DNA of 64,000 nucleotides from an uncultured Stakelama sp. (GCA_964393565.1 CAYMUJ010000004.1:2188-66187); one strand, 5' to 3'. Numbered from the stretch's first letter, positions 27,081-38,600 are shown. The notes: generated by a model not told the origin, from the letters alone. Made by a program: numbers and translations.

Positions 27081-28261
27081 TTGACGCTATGTCCCGCTCG
27101 ATATGCCTCCACCTGCTGCCGGATCAGGCGCGAGCCGAAGTAGATGATCACTCCACCGACGACTGCGCCGATCACCCATGGTGAGAGGCTGAGCACCAGT
27201 TCACTGATACCTTTTGCCTTGGTGATGGCAGAGGAAAGCTGGTCCAGGTTCACGGTGCCATCAGCCACAGCGCCGAGCCCCGCGCTCGCAAGCACGCCAG
27301 TGCCGAGCTTCTGCAGCCAGCTTGCCGTCTTCACGACAGGTGCATCCGCAATGGTTTCTTTGGTCGCGGTCGCGCGCTCGGGTGAGACGGGGCGCTTTGG
27401 CGTACGCACGTCCATCAGCTTGTTGAGAGTCTGCGGGCTGAGTTCTCCGGTCAGCACCAGGTTGTTGTCACCCTGGAAACTGGAGATGGCAGCCTTCGTG
27501 CGCGGGCCGTTCTTACCGTCGCGATTGCCGACTTCGATATAGCCGAGATCGTAGAGACGCTGCTGCGCCTTTAGGATCAGCGCAGGATCTGGCACGACGA
27601 CGGTAGGCGTTGGTACAGTGAACGGTGTGTCCGGAATCCCGCGCCACTTGTTGTGCGCCTTCGCGAACTTCGTGTGGTAGTCGTTCCTGCGGAATCCCGA
27701 TCCGTTGTAGACACGGACGATGGGGATGCAGTCCTCGGGCGTCGTGGGCCGCTTCAGCTTCGCAAGCTCTCGCAGGTCATCGTCGATCTTGGCTGCGACC
27801 AGGAACCTTACTGCCGCGGCAAGATGGGCTTCTTCATCCTGCATGAAGGCTCGAACCATGTCCTGTACGGTCGGAAAGCCGACCATCACATGGTTCTCGC
27901 CGAGAATTTGGAAGAGGCCCCACGAAGCGCTCTTCAGCGCCGCCGCTTCATTGATCTCCATCGCCGCGACCAAGCGCGGATACGAGTCCTTTGGATAGGG
28001 CTCTTGGCCTTGTTCCCTATAGGCGAGACCTTGCTTGACCGCTCGATCACGTTCGGCACCCTTGAGGTTGCGATAGAAGACGTGCGGCTCAAACAGCATT
28101 TTCGGCCGTCCGAGATTATCGAAGCCGGTGCCGGCGCTCTCGGTATCCGCGAACGCATGCAGTTCATCCTCACCGACGCCAATCTCGGCGCCAATCCGAG
28201 GGAGATCGATGTCGTCGATGCGCTTTGCGGCGCCCCTGAACTCATTCCAATGGTCGCTCAC
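27077..28261 (-). CDS. Endolysin: N-acetylmuramidase (DUF3380-like) plus PG-binding domain plus C-terminal TM segments
   Basis: ESAG.GF, LFEPHVF, SASWGLFQILGEN, YNG; DGKNGPRTKAAISSFQ; hydrophobic tail. Confidence 0.88.
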   Translation of the reverse strand: MSDHWNEFRGAAKRIDDIDLPRIGAEIGVGEDELHAFADTESAGTGFDNLGRPKMLFEPHVFYRNLKGAERDRAVKQGLAYREQGQEPYPKDSYPRLVAAMEINEAAALKSASWGLFQILGENHVMVGFPTVQDMVRAFMQDEEAHLAAAVRFLVAAKIDDDLRELAKLKRPTTPEDCIPIVRVYNGSGFRRNDYHTKFAKAHNKWRGIPDTPFTVPTPTVVVPDPALILKAQQRLYDLGYIEVGNRDGKNGPRTKAAISSFQGDNNLVLTGELSPQTLNKLMDVRTPKRPVSPERATATKETIADAPVVKTASWLQKLGTGVLASAGLGAVADGTVNLDQLSSAITKAKGISELVLSLSPWVIGAVVGGVIIYFGSRLIRQQVEAYRAGHSVK

Positions 28262-28327
28262 CTGACGGCTCCAAAGTCAACTATTTGGTGAATATGTACC
28301 AGAAGGTTGACAGATTGGCTACAGGCC

Positions 28328-30520
28328 TCAGGTCCGCGCCATCGAGAACCGATACTTCTGAGTGGAAACCAAGGCGTCACGTACCGCCTCGACTTCAAAG
28401 GTGATGTTGGTGGTCATCGCATCGCTTGTTTGCATGGCCGGTGTGTATGTCCACGAAGTTCCGCTGATGCCCGTTACCGTCCGGATAGGCGTTGTCGAAC
28501 CTGTCGTCCGGTATACGCGGATCGTGTATGTGACACCGGCTTCCGGCCCAACGCTTGCTTCTGTGTGACCAATCAACTGGTCAAGCTGAGTGAGACGATC
28601 TCGGTGCGCCCAAGCGAGCACGACGTTCGCCGCACCACTGACGGACGAGACGTTTCCATAGAGCGTCCCATTGACGGTCATGTTCGCTGGCGGCAGCGGG
28701 TTATTCTGGCGCGCGGCAATTGTGACTGAATCGGTAGGCGCCAAACTCTGCGACAGCACCTGGGTCGACGTCTTGGTCAGCATCTTGACGTCCACGGTCT
28801 CACCCGTGACGTACTCCCGAAAGTCCGAACCATTGCCGACATCGAAAAAGAAGGCGAGCGCACCCGCTGCGTGAGTCGCCGGAAGCGTATCGACGCAACC
28901 ACGGCCGACGCTGAAGCTGCCGGACTGCCCGTCTGAGTTGATAGAGATTGCGTCGATCCGCATGATCTCGTCGTCGATCTGTAGCGCCTCACCCACTTCA
29001 ATGAGACCGATGTCGACTCCACCTTCGAAGTAGATCGTGGTGTCGTAGAGGCCGATTGTCGACGAGACCGTCAGCGTCGGGCAGAAGAGACCCGTGGCTC
29101 GAGCAACGAAGCTCTCAGAGGCTGTCCTGGTTGTAACGTCGAAACTGAGCGATAGCGGGCTCGGCTTGGCACCCATGGCGACCACCGCACCTTGCGATGA
29201 GGTGACCCGTTCCAGTTCCAGAGTGCTGAGTGCGCGCACAAAGTCACGGTAGGTCGCTTCACGTGTTTTCCGGTTCGAAACCACTTGTGCGCTCGTATCT
29301 GGCGGAGACCACTGGTTCTCCTCCTGGGCCACGAACACCGCACTCGGCAGACCAAAGACGTCGATGACAGCCTCGATCTGTACCGAGCCTTCGGTGATGT
29401 CTCCGTCGCGTACGCTGCCGATACGAAGGATAGCGTTCACGATCCCCTTATCCGGCGCACTGATGCGGATCACTCGACCTGGAGCCAGTCGCCACCCGCG
29501 ACGATCGAGTGTGATGTTGTAGCGCTTCAGCGCGGCGGCAGTGATGCGCAGGTCGCGCTGCGCCACTTTCGTGGCAAGCTCCAGCGTCGGCAGACCCTTG
29601 TACTCTGTCGTCTGGCTGTTCACGGCGCCGAGCGACTGGATCGATGCGAGGTTCTGCACTCGAACTTGACGATCCTCGTTCTCGATCGGATCGTGCCAGG
29701 TGACGATGATCTCGTTCACCGCATTTTCGCGCGCCGCAGTGTCCGCCTCGACCACCTCGAGCAGGCCGGAGGAATAGTCGAAAAGCGGCAGGTCGTTGGC
29801 GTCATAGTCACCACGTACCAGGTCGAGCCGCAGCAATCCGGTCATCCGGTCGATGTAGATGGTTGCCCCAATATGGTCGACCACGCTCTGCACGAACGAC
29901 TGCAAGGTGTCCTGCCGATTCCAGCGGATGCACATGCCGAAATTCTCGTCGTAAAGCGTCTGCGCGGCAGCGAGAAATGACGCTTCGTCGATCAGCGTAG
30001 CAGGATAGCCGCGCCCCCATTGGCGGTTGGTTGCGCACTCATAGATGATGTGGGCGCCGTTCATCGCTTTGATGTTGTTGTCGTCCATCCAGATCGCCGC
30101 CAGATCCGGTTGCCAAGGGTCACCATCCCACCCCTTTGTCGTGCGACGCACGCGCATCTTCCACGTTTTCGGGTATGGATTGAGCGCGCAAATCAACCCG
30201 TCATAGAACAGCGTCATGACACCTCGAAAACCGGGCACCCTACCACCAAGCAGGCTGCTGATCCGCGTCGGCATGCTCTGCGTCGGCTTACCCATGAAGA
30301 CGTCAAGGTTACCCTGAATACCGCCTTCCTTCTTCTCACCACCAAAAAGATCGGGCTTGTCGATGTAGAGTGAAGTGTCATCGGTAACGCTACCGGACCA
30401 CGCGACCTTGTCGCCAACCCGGATCTCGACCAACTCGTCAAGCGGTCCGCGCGCGATGCCCATGTGGACACCCATGAAGTAGCGGTATCCGATTGTAGTG
30501 CTGTCAGAACTACCGCCCAT
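28328..30520 (-). CDS. Tail tip/central tail protein
   Basis: GYRYFMGVHMG, LFGGEKKEGG, NPYPK, RGCVDT; follows the tail assembly genes. Confidence 0.85.
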   Translation of the reverse strand: MGGSSDSTTIGYRYFMGVHMGIARGPLDELVEIRVGDKVAWSGSVTDDTSLYIDKPDLFGGEKKEGGIQGNLDVFMGKPTQSMPTRISSLLGGRVPGFRGVMTLFYDGLICALNPYPKTWKMRVRRTTKGWDGDPWQPDLAAIWMDDNNIKAMNGAHIIYECATNRQWGRGYPATLIDEASFLAAAQTLYDENFGMCIRWNRQDTLQSFVQSVVDHIGATIYIDRMTGLLRLDLVRGDYDANDLPLFDYSSGLLEVVEADTAARENAVNEIIVTWHDPIENEDRQVRVQNLASIQSLGAVNSQTTEYKGLPTLELATKVAQRDLRITAAALKRYNITLDRRGWRLAPGRVIRISAPDKGIVNAILRIGSVRDGDITEGSVQIEAVIDVFGLPSAVFVAQEENQWSPPDTSAQVVSNRKTREATYRDFVRALSTLELERVTSSQGAVVAMGAKPSPLSLSFDVTTRTASESFVARATGLFCPTLTVSSTIGLYDTTIYFEGGVDIGLIEVGEALQIDDEIMRIDAISINSDGQSGSFSVGRGCVDTLPATHAAGALAFFFDVGNGSDFREYVTGETVDVKMLTKTSTQVLSQSLAPTDSVTIAARQNNPLPPANMTVNGTLYGNVSSVSGAANVVLAWAHRDRLTQLDQLIGHTEASVGPEAGVTYTIRVYRTTGSTTPIRTVTGISGTSWTYTPAMQTSDAMTTNITFEVEAVRDALVSTQKYRFSMART

Positions 30521-30707
30521 TCATCATCTCCTGCCGAGCAGCTTCAGCCACGCGCTGCGCCAGGGCATCCTCGATACCTTCGACCTGCTCGAGCGGCAGG
30601 CCGTTCTGCAGGAAATCGTCCCACGAAAGATCATGCTGCTCAAACCAGGTGCGAGCACCCTTCATGCAGATCTTGGCGTTGCGGATGTGATGCACCCTGA
30701 CGATCAC
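30510..30707 (-). CDS. Small tail assembly protein
   Basis: CMKGARTWF...WDDFLQNG; synteny. Confidence 0.75.
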   Translation of the reverse strand: MIVRVHHIRNAKICMKGARTWFEQHDLSWDDFLQNGLPLEQVEGIEDALAQRVAEAARQEMMNGR

Positions 30708-30949
30708 TTGCCACCGCCGCTCTTGATCGCGGAGGTGCGATAGTTACCGTACCAAAGCACCGTCCAGTCTTCTGTCCAGGTGTCTCCGAACACCACAGCC
30801 TGTGGCGTACCCTCGTCCGCCTGCGGAAAGTCAAAGTCGTCGAATGCGGCAGGGCTAGGCTTGGTCGGCGCCGGCTGCGTGAGCGCCTGGAGAGCGTATC
30901 CGCCGACCAAGAGGGCCAGCGCAAATAGCATTGAGATTGGATCAAACAT
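30704..30949 (-). CDS. Small tail assembly protein
   Basis: FDFPQADEGTPQAVVFG...VLWYGN. Confidence 0.8.
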   Translation of the reverse strand: MFDPISMLFALALLVGGYALQALTQPAPTKPSPAAFDDFDFPQADEGTPQAVVFGDTWTEDWTVLWYGNYRTSAIKSGGGK

Positions 30950-31779
30950 CAGAACACCGGATCGCCATCAAAGGGACTCTTACCAGGCATGTGTGGGAAG
31001 CCTCCATAATTCAACAAATTGTTGAATTTGGAGACGCAAGTCAACGTGGTTCTGTCGCACCCTGGGTAAACAGTAATCCATTCACCGATCTCAAGTCCGT
31101 CTGTCGTCCCGAGGACGGTCAGTACGCTACCGCTTTGGGCCTCGATCGGCCGGCGCTCGACTACGCCACTCATCAGTGTCCATTCGAAGAAGCCTCCAGC
31201 GAGATAGCCTGTGGCAAAGGCTTGCAGACCGGTAGATGTGATGGTCGCACCAGTCAGCGCCTCGACCTGGATCGCCGTCGCGTAGCTCGCCTTCGATACC
31301 CTACACCCGCTGTCATAAAGCGCATGGGGGCAGCCACGACTCCAGCTTAGGCGCAGACCGTTGCGATCAAACGACGCGGTGAGCATGCGGCAGACGATCT
31401 CGGCCGTGCTGGCGGTCTTGATCTTCACATTCGAGACCGTCCCCACCCAAATGATCGGAGCCTCGCCATCCCCTCGGTGTTTGCGCCGTAGGTAGACATA
31501 GATCACCTCGGATGGCGGTGTGCCGGCAAATAGGCTCACGATGTCGATAGACTTTGGCACCGTGATCGTCATGTCGTCGTTGTTGATGTCGCCAGACTGG
31601 ATGACGCCTGTGTCGCTTATCGGGACCGGCTCATAGACGCGCTCGTCGTCCGTGCCTGGAAACAACGTGGTCGCCGCTTCGCCGCCGCTATAACACCAAA
31701 GCTGGCTTGCCATGCGGAACTCGTAGAGCGACACCGGCTGCCCAGCGTGATTTGAGCGCTCGACATAGTCGAAGGTCAT
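30949..31779 (-). CDS. Conserved tail tip protein (DUF2163/BR0599-like)
   Basis: CPHALYDSGC...PGCDRT...C..KFNN..NYGGFP. Confidence 0.85.
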   Translation of the reverse strand: MTFDYVERSNHAGQPVSLYEFRMASQLWCYSGGEAATTLFPGTDDERVYEPVPISDTGVIQSGDINNDDMTITVPKSIDIVSLFAGTPPSEVIYVYLRRKHRGDGEAPIIWVGTVSNVKIKTASTAEIVCRMLTASFDRNGLRLSWSRGCPHALYDSGCRVSKASYATAIQVEALTGATITSTGLQAFATGYLAGGFFEWTLMSGVVERRPIEAQSGSVLTVLGTTDGLEIGEWITVYPGCDRTTLTCVSKFNNLLNYGGFPHMPGKSPFDGDPVF

Positions 31780-31791
31780 TGCAGTACCCCC

Positions 31792-34700
31792 TTAGTTCGT
31801 CGGCGTCGCGCGCCGGTCATCTGGCGCGGTACGGAAGATCGCCGAGACCGTCGAGACGCCCTCGATGTCGGTGACGTGGCTGATATCGATGGAATCCTGC
31901 GACAACCTTGCCAACCGGATGAAGCAGACCTGCACGACTTCAGAGAGCGTTGCGTTGCGTTGTATGGGCCGGTCAAGGCCGAGCACTTCAGTCGTCGAAC
32001 CCTGCGCTGACTCAACGATCTGGCGATAGATACAGGTGCCGTCCTTGAAGAGGATGCGCACGTGCTCTCGATCAGCCTTTGGTCCGCCAGTGAGAGTAAA
32101 GCCGGCCAAGGCAACGGTGATGGCCTGATCGCCGGCCGAAATGTCCTCAACCAGCACAAAGTCGTCAGCGAAAGTCGGAAGCCAGAGCGTCCTCGCCCTA
32201 CCCTGAAGGCCATAGAACATCTGGCGGATCGAGCGATGCTCTGCGCGCCCGCGAAGAAACCAGCGATACTGCTGCGTCTCGAACGATCGGTCCGCCGTAT
32301 CGACCTGGTAGGGGCTGGACGTACGGTTGTCGAGTTCATCCATCATGCGTTCGAACTCGATGGTCAGGTTCTCAGACTCGTCAGGCTCGGTTTTCAGTAC
32401 CGAGTAGCCCCGGTAGATGTCGCTGAGTCCGGCAACCGTTCCGCCGTTAGCGGACCTTACACCCGTTCCTTCTAGCCAAGTGCGCGTTGCGATGAGGCGT
32501 GCGCGGACCGAGTTGATATTGATCTCTGTCGGAAGAACCGACGCATTATCGACCATCTCGGCCAGCGTGTGCAGGATCTCACCATGCCACGAACCAAACC
32601 ATCGGAACCCCTCAGGACTCCAAGTGAATGACATGGCACCATCTGTGCGCCAGGTGCTCTCAAGGTGATACCAGGCTCTGGTGATCAAAGCCTGATTGAC
32701 CGTGTGACTTCCGAGACCTCGCTTGTCCAGCCAGAGGCAGGTGCGCAGAATGAGCGCCGAGGTATGTGGGTCCTCGAACTTCGTGAGTGGATCACTTAGC
32801 GCCGGGCTCGGATAATCAGTCGGTGGTCCGAGATTGTCGGCGAGGCGCGCGGTCAGAACGATATCACCTGCCTTGTTGGTCAAGCTCAGCGACCCCGACT
32901 TGTTGGTCAGGCCATTCAGGTTGATCTCGGGCCAAAAGGACTCGACCCAGGTAAGCCAGTTGGTCACAAGGGTCAGCGCTATGGATCGTGCCGTGGCGAA
33001 CCCTGTCGCGCCTGTCGTCAGGTCGAGCAGTTTCGCCAGGCTTTCGATGATGCGCCCCTGATAGCCGCCCCACCTGGTGTTCGGGTTTTCATTGGCATAC
33101 GCCCAAAAATGAGGTGTCGGGCTCCCGATCTTCAGCCGGTCAGACGTGTTGACGACGAAGGTGCGAGCGAATGGGCCGAGGTCTCCACCGTCCGCATAGT
33201 ATTGATCCTGTGCCGCTTTCAGCATCAGGAGTTGTTGCTCCATCAGCAGTGCTCGCTTCGGCTTTTCATCGCCCGCTAAGTCGGTAGCAGAGATCGGATA
33301 AGTTATCGCGCCGGTAGAGATGTCAGCGGCAGGAAGCGCCGACGCGTTGAGTGACGGAAACACCGCGTCAATGTCGGACGAGAGCCACCACCAATGGTCT
33401 GGCAACTGCTGACCATGGAAAGGCATCCCCTTCCAACCGAGAAGCGTTTGGCGACTGAGATCGGCGGAAACAGCGAAAGGGGCTGCTGCCGGCTGATAAG
33501 GAATCGGCGAGCCCTTTACCGCTGTCGCGAGGTTGCTCACCACCCAGGAGCCTGAGACGCCGCTGACCAGTCGCATCGTGCGCAGTCGCAACGAGTATGA
33601 TTGCGTCATCTCCACCGAGAGGCCGGCCTTGGCGATCACGGTGTCACTCGGAAGGGCTGTACCCCAAACTGTGTTTCCAGAGGAGTCGAAGCTACGCAGC
33701 TTGAAGTCGGTCCGCGGCACAAGGAACTCGATAACACTGCCGTCCGTCTTGGCGACGAAAGCGCTGTACTGCCCGATGTCCGAATACCATGTGTGGGTGG
33801 CGTCGAGAGCGTCTGTGCTCGCCAAGTAGATCAGGCAGCGCTCGTTGCTCGCCAATGTCGGCTTCTTGGTCATCGACATCGAGACGTAGAGATATTGGTC
33901 CGCATCCTGATACGCCGTGCCCGAACGCCATTGGTCATCGAATTTCCGGCCAATCCGGACATAGTTCAACGCAGCGTCCTCGGGCGCCGGCACAGTGGCT
34001 AGAATGTCGCCATTGCTCGCACGGGACCAAAAGTCATAGCCGAGCCAAAGGCGGTCGGCCCCCGGCGTCAGCGGGGCAGCGGCCTCGGAATGGTTCGATG
34101 TGCAATAGACCCCAGTTGGTTCTCCTCTGGTGGGAATAACCGGAAATCCCGGTAGTGGTCGGAAGATGTGGCGCTGATCACCGAGGTCGCGCGCCTTGAC
34201 GACACTTCTCCGGACGGCCGAGCGTAGCCCTGTCCAAATTGCGACTTTGTCAGGTCGAGGATCGTCTACGATGGCGCGCGCCATGGCCTGCTCAAACCAG
34301 CGGTACGTCTCCAGTGAGGAGACGACGTAGCCGTCCGATAGAACCGACCAAGAGGGGTAGGCGACAAAGCCTTGCCCGATCGGGATGGCGGTACTGGTCT
34401 CGTACGAGTAAGCAATTTTCCAGGCCGCAGCGGTAGGTGATCCCGCAGGGATGGTCACCTTGGTCGTCAAGCCGTTCCGCAGCCAGTGGTCGACGTCGAT
34501 CTCGATATTGGTGTCGCCGGCAGGAGTGGTGACGTCCGCGGCTGGACTGTAGGCACCGGAGTATTTCAGCGCACTCGTGCTCGGGTAGATCTGCCAGACG
34601 TCGTAAACTTCGCCACCATGCGCCGCCTCCGAGATCGTCAGCACGCCGGCAACTGGTGCAACCTGATATGCTGCGTAACTCACTCCCTGGACAGGGACAT

Positions 34701-35610
34701 CTCCGCGTGCGGCAAACACCGCGTTGGGTAAGCTGATAGTCGCGTTGCTCGTCGGCAGCGCCTGTCGGAAGATCGGACCATCGGAATCGCCTCCAATGGC
34801 ATCGAGCATGTCGAGCGCGAGTTGACGATAATAGTCCGCCGCTTCGCGCTCGACGGTGGAGCCTGTCTTCATCACATCGTAGGCGCGAAACAACGCATGG
34901 ATAAAGATGAATTGGCCGTCTGCTGTACCGGAGTGATGGTGGACAAATCCGAGCCGACCGTACTCGCGGTGATAGGTCTCGACGAGGAGACCATCGACAA
35001 TCAATGGCCCAACGTTGTCACCGGTCAAAACGTCGCCGTCGTCCTCAGGAGTCACCAGCCGGAACTTGACCGTCGTCTCAAGAACTGCTGCCGCCAGTCG
35101 GTTCAGGCGAGGCTGCTCAATCAACTTCGCCAAGGCAACCGGATACACAATCGCCCCAGGTCGCCAAACTTGCGTCGTCGGATTCGCCAGGGTGATACCG
35201 CTCGAGGATACCGCGGCGATTTCGACAAGTTCGTGCTCGAAAGGGCTCTGCAAGTTTGAGATGTAGGCGATCTCGCCGGCTACCAGCACACTGTCAGCCA
35301 TGCCGGCCAACGCAAGGGTGGTCGTACCAACAGCCGCAAGCACGGTCAGAGGATGCGGGTCATACCATAGTGGCAAATACCAGTTCCGAGCACCGTGTAG
35401 GCCGACCATATGGTCGAAATAGCTTCGCGCGGCTCCTGTGACAGTGACGTCGAATTCCAGGTAGCGGCGCGGGAAAGCGCGCAACGCTCGCCGCTGCTCC
35501 CGACCGGTTGGCGAGGTCAGAACGTCGGTCAACCATTCCAGTGTTTCGGCGACGTCGCCGCGCCAGTTCGGATCAAAGGACCAGACGGGGATGGTGCTGT
35601 CGATAGCCAT
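31792..35610 (-). CDS. Distal tail/virion structural protein with large internal insertion (1272 aa)
   Basis: N-terminal PNW..V.ETLEWLTDVL.S.TG.EQRRALR..PRR; C-terminal LQGRARTLWLP...RLSQDSIDISH; directly after the tape measure gene. Confidence 0.8.
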   Translation of the reverse strand: MAIDSTIPVWSFDPNWRGDVAETLEWLTDVLTSPTGREQRRALRAFPRRYLEFDVTVTGAARSYFDHMVGLHGARNWYLPLWYDPHPLTVLAAVGTTTLALAGMADSVLVAGEIAYISNLQSPFEHELVEIAAVSSSGITLANPTTQVWRPGAIVYPVALAKLIEQPRLNRLAAAVLETTVKFRLVTPEDDGDVLTGDNVGPLIVDGLLVETYHREYGRLGFVHHHSGTADGQFIFIHALFRAYDVMKTGSTVEREAADYYRQLALDMLDAIGGDSDGPIFRQALPTSNATISLPNAVFAARGDVPVQGVSYAAYQVAPVAGVLTISEAAHGGEVYDVWQIYPSTSALKYSGAYSPAADVTTPAGDTNIEIDVDHWLRNGLTTKVTIPAGSPTAAAWKIAYSYETSTAIPIGQGFVAYPSWSVLSDGYVVSSLETYRWFEQAMARAIVDDPRPDKVAIWTGLRSAVRRSVVKARDLGDQRHIFRPLPGFPVIPTRGEPTGVYCTSNHSEAAAPLTPGADRLWLGYDFWSRASNGDILATVPAPEDAALNYVRIGRKFDDQWRSGTAYQDADQYLYVSMSMTKKPTLASNERCLIYLASTDALDATHTWYSDIGQYSAFVAKTDGSVIEFLVPRTDFKLRSFDSSGNTVWGTALPSDTVIAKAGLSVEMTQSYSLRLRTMRLVSGVSGSWVVSNLATAVKGSPIPYQPAAAPFAVSADLSRQTLLGWKGMPFHGQQLPDHWWWLSSDIDAVFPSLNASALPAADISTGAITYPISATDLAGDEKPKRALLMEQQLLMLKAAQDQYYADGGDLGPFARTFVVNTSDRLKIGSPTPHFWAYANENPNTRWGGYQGRIIESLAKLLDLTTGATGFATARSIALTLVTNWLTWVESFWPEINLNGLTNKSGSLSLTNKAGDIVLTARLADNLGPPTDYPSPALSDPLTKFEDPHTSALILRTCLWLDKRGLGSHTVNQALITRAWYHLESTWRTDGAMSFTWSPEGFRWFGSWHGEILHTLAEMVDNASVLPTEININSVRARLIATRTWLEGTGVRSANGGTVAGLSDIYRGYSVLKTEPDESENLTIEFERMMDELDNRTSSPYQVDTADRSFETQQYRWFLRGRAEHRSIRQMFYGLQGRARTLWLPTFADDFVLVEDISAGDQAITVALAGFTLTGGPKADREHVRILFKDGTCIYRQIVESAQGSTTEVLGLDRPIQRNATLSEVVQVCFIRLARLSQDSIDISHVTDIEGVSTVSAIFRTAPDDRRATPTN

Positions 35611-38600
35611 TACTTGAGCATCCGCTTGATCGTTTGAGCGTTTCGCTTGACGAAGTTAAGCACGACCTCTTCGCCGGCCGAGTTCGCCATGGCGCTCGCC
35701 AACTGCTTCTCGTCGAAGGCGATAATGTTGCGGATGGAAGGTGCGCGTGAACCGCTCGAACTTCCGCTCGACCCGCTGCGCAGATCCTTCTGCAACGCCG
35801 CCTCCTGCTCCTTGGTGCGCACGCGCTCGCCGACCTCAAGGATCGCGGGGACCTCGTTTGGTCGGAGACCTGCGACGCCACCGCTATGGTAGCGTACGGC
35901 GTTAGCGAACAAGCCCGCTGGAACCGCACGGCTCATGCCGGCGCCAGCCATGACCATGCCGCCGTCGTGCTTGACGAGCGCGTTTACCGCACCAGCAATC
36001 GCTCCACCGATGCCGCCCGTCATGCCGCCGAACGCCTGTGAGAGCATGTTCAAGAGCATCTGCTTCAAGATCATCTGACCGATCTGGATCAGGAAGTCCG
36101 CGGCGAACTGCAGGAAGGCGTTTCGGACGCCGAGTAGCGCATCACCCCACGACTTCGCACCAACGATGGCCTGACCGATCCCCTGTGCCGCGGTCGAGAA
36201 CGCGTTCGTCAAACCATCCGCGAGCATGTTGTTAATCTGCTTCGCATTGGTGAGTTCGACGTTCAGTTCCTTCGCATTGAGGGTGATCTTCTTGAGGCTC
36301 GCGACGCCCTTCTCATCACCAAGGGCTTGCGCAAGAGCCAAGGCCTTCGGGAGCAGCGCAGTGATCTCAGCATTGAGATCAGCGATCTGCTGCCTGAGTT
36401 CCTCTACTCGCCCCTGGTCGCCTTCAGCCATCGCGTCCTGAAGTTCCTTGAGTGCGACTTTCCGCTGCTGATCGAGGCCGATGAGGCTCTGAACGGCTTC
36501 CTGCTCCTCTTGCCGCTGCTTCCGCTCCTCCTCGCCGGCATGAAGAGCGTCGTATCGAGCAGCCGTTGCAGCACGAATTGCGTCAGCCTGCTCCTTGGTA
36601 AGCACGGTCCCGGCTTTTGCCGCCTCGACTTCTGCCTGATGCAGGGCCTTGGCGATCTCACCCTGCTTGTTGGATTCGGAGCGTGCAGCAGCTTCTTCCT
36701 GCCAACCCTCGATCCGCTGCCTGATCGTCTGGTCGAACTGCTCCTGCTTGGTCTCGCCACCCGCCATGATGGTCGAGCCGCCACCCATCTTGGTGTCAGC
36801 CCATTTCACGAGGTCGGCGGCGGTCATACCGGGTGTAAAGACGTTCGGATTCGCGGCGATAGACTTCGGGCCGACGATATTGCTGACCAGTTCCTCAGGG
36901 TTTGCGACAAGCACCTTGATCGCGTCTCCAGCGCCAAGGAAATGCGCCAGATACGTGTTCGCCGGGTTCGCATCGAGACCGGCCCGCACGAGTGCCAACT
37001 GGTTCTGCTTCGTCAGAGCCTCGACCATCTTGCGGCCGACCTCTTCCTGCGAGCGGAGCGCCAGCTTCTGATTGTCGTTGAGTTGCGAGAGTTCCGGAAA
37101 GACCTTGTTGAAAAGGCCGAGCCAGGTGGCCTCGGTCATCTGCCCAATGCCGCGCGCCGTGGACGTGCTTGGCCCGCTGCCGTTCTGACCACCCTCCACA
37201 TAGATGATGCGGTCGACGACGTTCTTCTGGTTCGGCAGACTGTCGTAAAGCTTCGAGTCAGTCACGTCCTGAATAGCCTGACGTGCCTGCGCATAGAGGT
37301 TCATCGCTTCCGCGATCTTTGCAACGTCTCCCGACTTGATAGCTTCCGCGAACGCCTGCAGTCCGGCACTATCGATTTCAGCGGAATCCTTGAGACGCTT
37401 CATCGCCTCGGCGAGGGCCGGCACTTTCTCCTTCAGCTTGTCGAGCGCCGCGTTGTAGGCGTCGATGCTGAACACTCCCTTGTCGAGCCCGTCTCCAGCC
37501 GTCTTCGCTGCATCGCCCATATTGAGCAACGCCTCGTCTGCTTCGGTCGCCGTGCCTGCCATGACCCGAACTAGCGCCTCTGCCTTCTGCGTAGCGTCAG
37601 CGAGATCCAGCAGGTTTGGCTTACCATCCTTCGCCACGTTGATCAGATCGAGCATATCAAGCGCGTATTGCTTGATGTCCGCGTTCTTGGCGTTGAGGGC
37701 GATATCGTTCAGAGCAGTACTCAACTCGGCCAGTGTGATTTTGCCGGTCCGAGCCTTCTCGACAAAGTCTTGCAGCGCCTTGATCTGCTCCATCTGAGCA
37801 AGCGGAGTACCGTCGAAGGCCGCAAAGGACGCATAGAGGGTCTGTGCAACACCCTGCAGATTCTGAAATGCCTTCTCGAACTCTTTCCGGACGTCTTCCG
37901 CATTCTTGGAAGCTTGCGCGAGCGTGACGCCGTTCACCTTTTTCGACCAGGTGTCAGCCGAGCCGCCAGCGTCATCGTAGCCCTTCTTTACCTTCTCGAG
38001 CATGGCGCGGTGCGTATCGAGCGCGGAGGTCGCCGTGTCGATGCTGGTGAGCCACGAGCCAAGGGCGAACGTCACACCGGTCAGCACGAGACCTGGAAGT
38101 CCGCCGATAGCCGCCCAAAGTCCCCGCGCTACAGTGGCGACACCAATCATCGTCGTACGCACGACACCGAGCGTTGCGTTTAAGCCGAGCACCCCCGCTC
38201 GCGCCAACGTCGTCGTAGACGTCGACGTTGCGAGCGCGACCCGGAACCGATCGATGGCGCCAATCGTCTGAGCGAACCCTTGTCCAAGGGTCCGCTGCGC
38301 AAGCGACATTTGCTGCATCCGCGGACCGACGAACTGAAGCTCCTGCGAGAACTTGCCGGCCGTCGCTGCCACCGCCGTGAACCGACTCACGAGGTCTGTA
38401 AGGACGCTGCCGAGCTTCACGGCAACGAAGGCCTGCACACCGACCAGGATCTCGTCGAAGTATTTCGGCACCTGCGCGAGCACGACGGTGAAGCGCCCGA
38501 GCGCCGCGCCGATCCCGTCGAAGAAGCGCTTGCCATCGTCGCTCTGGAAAAACTCGTTGAGGGTCTTCAGACCTTCATTGAGACCCGCGATAAACCCACC

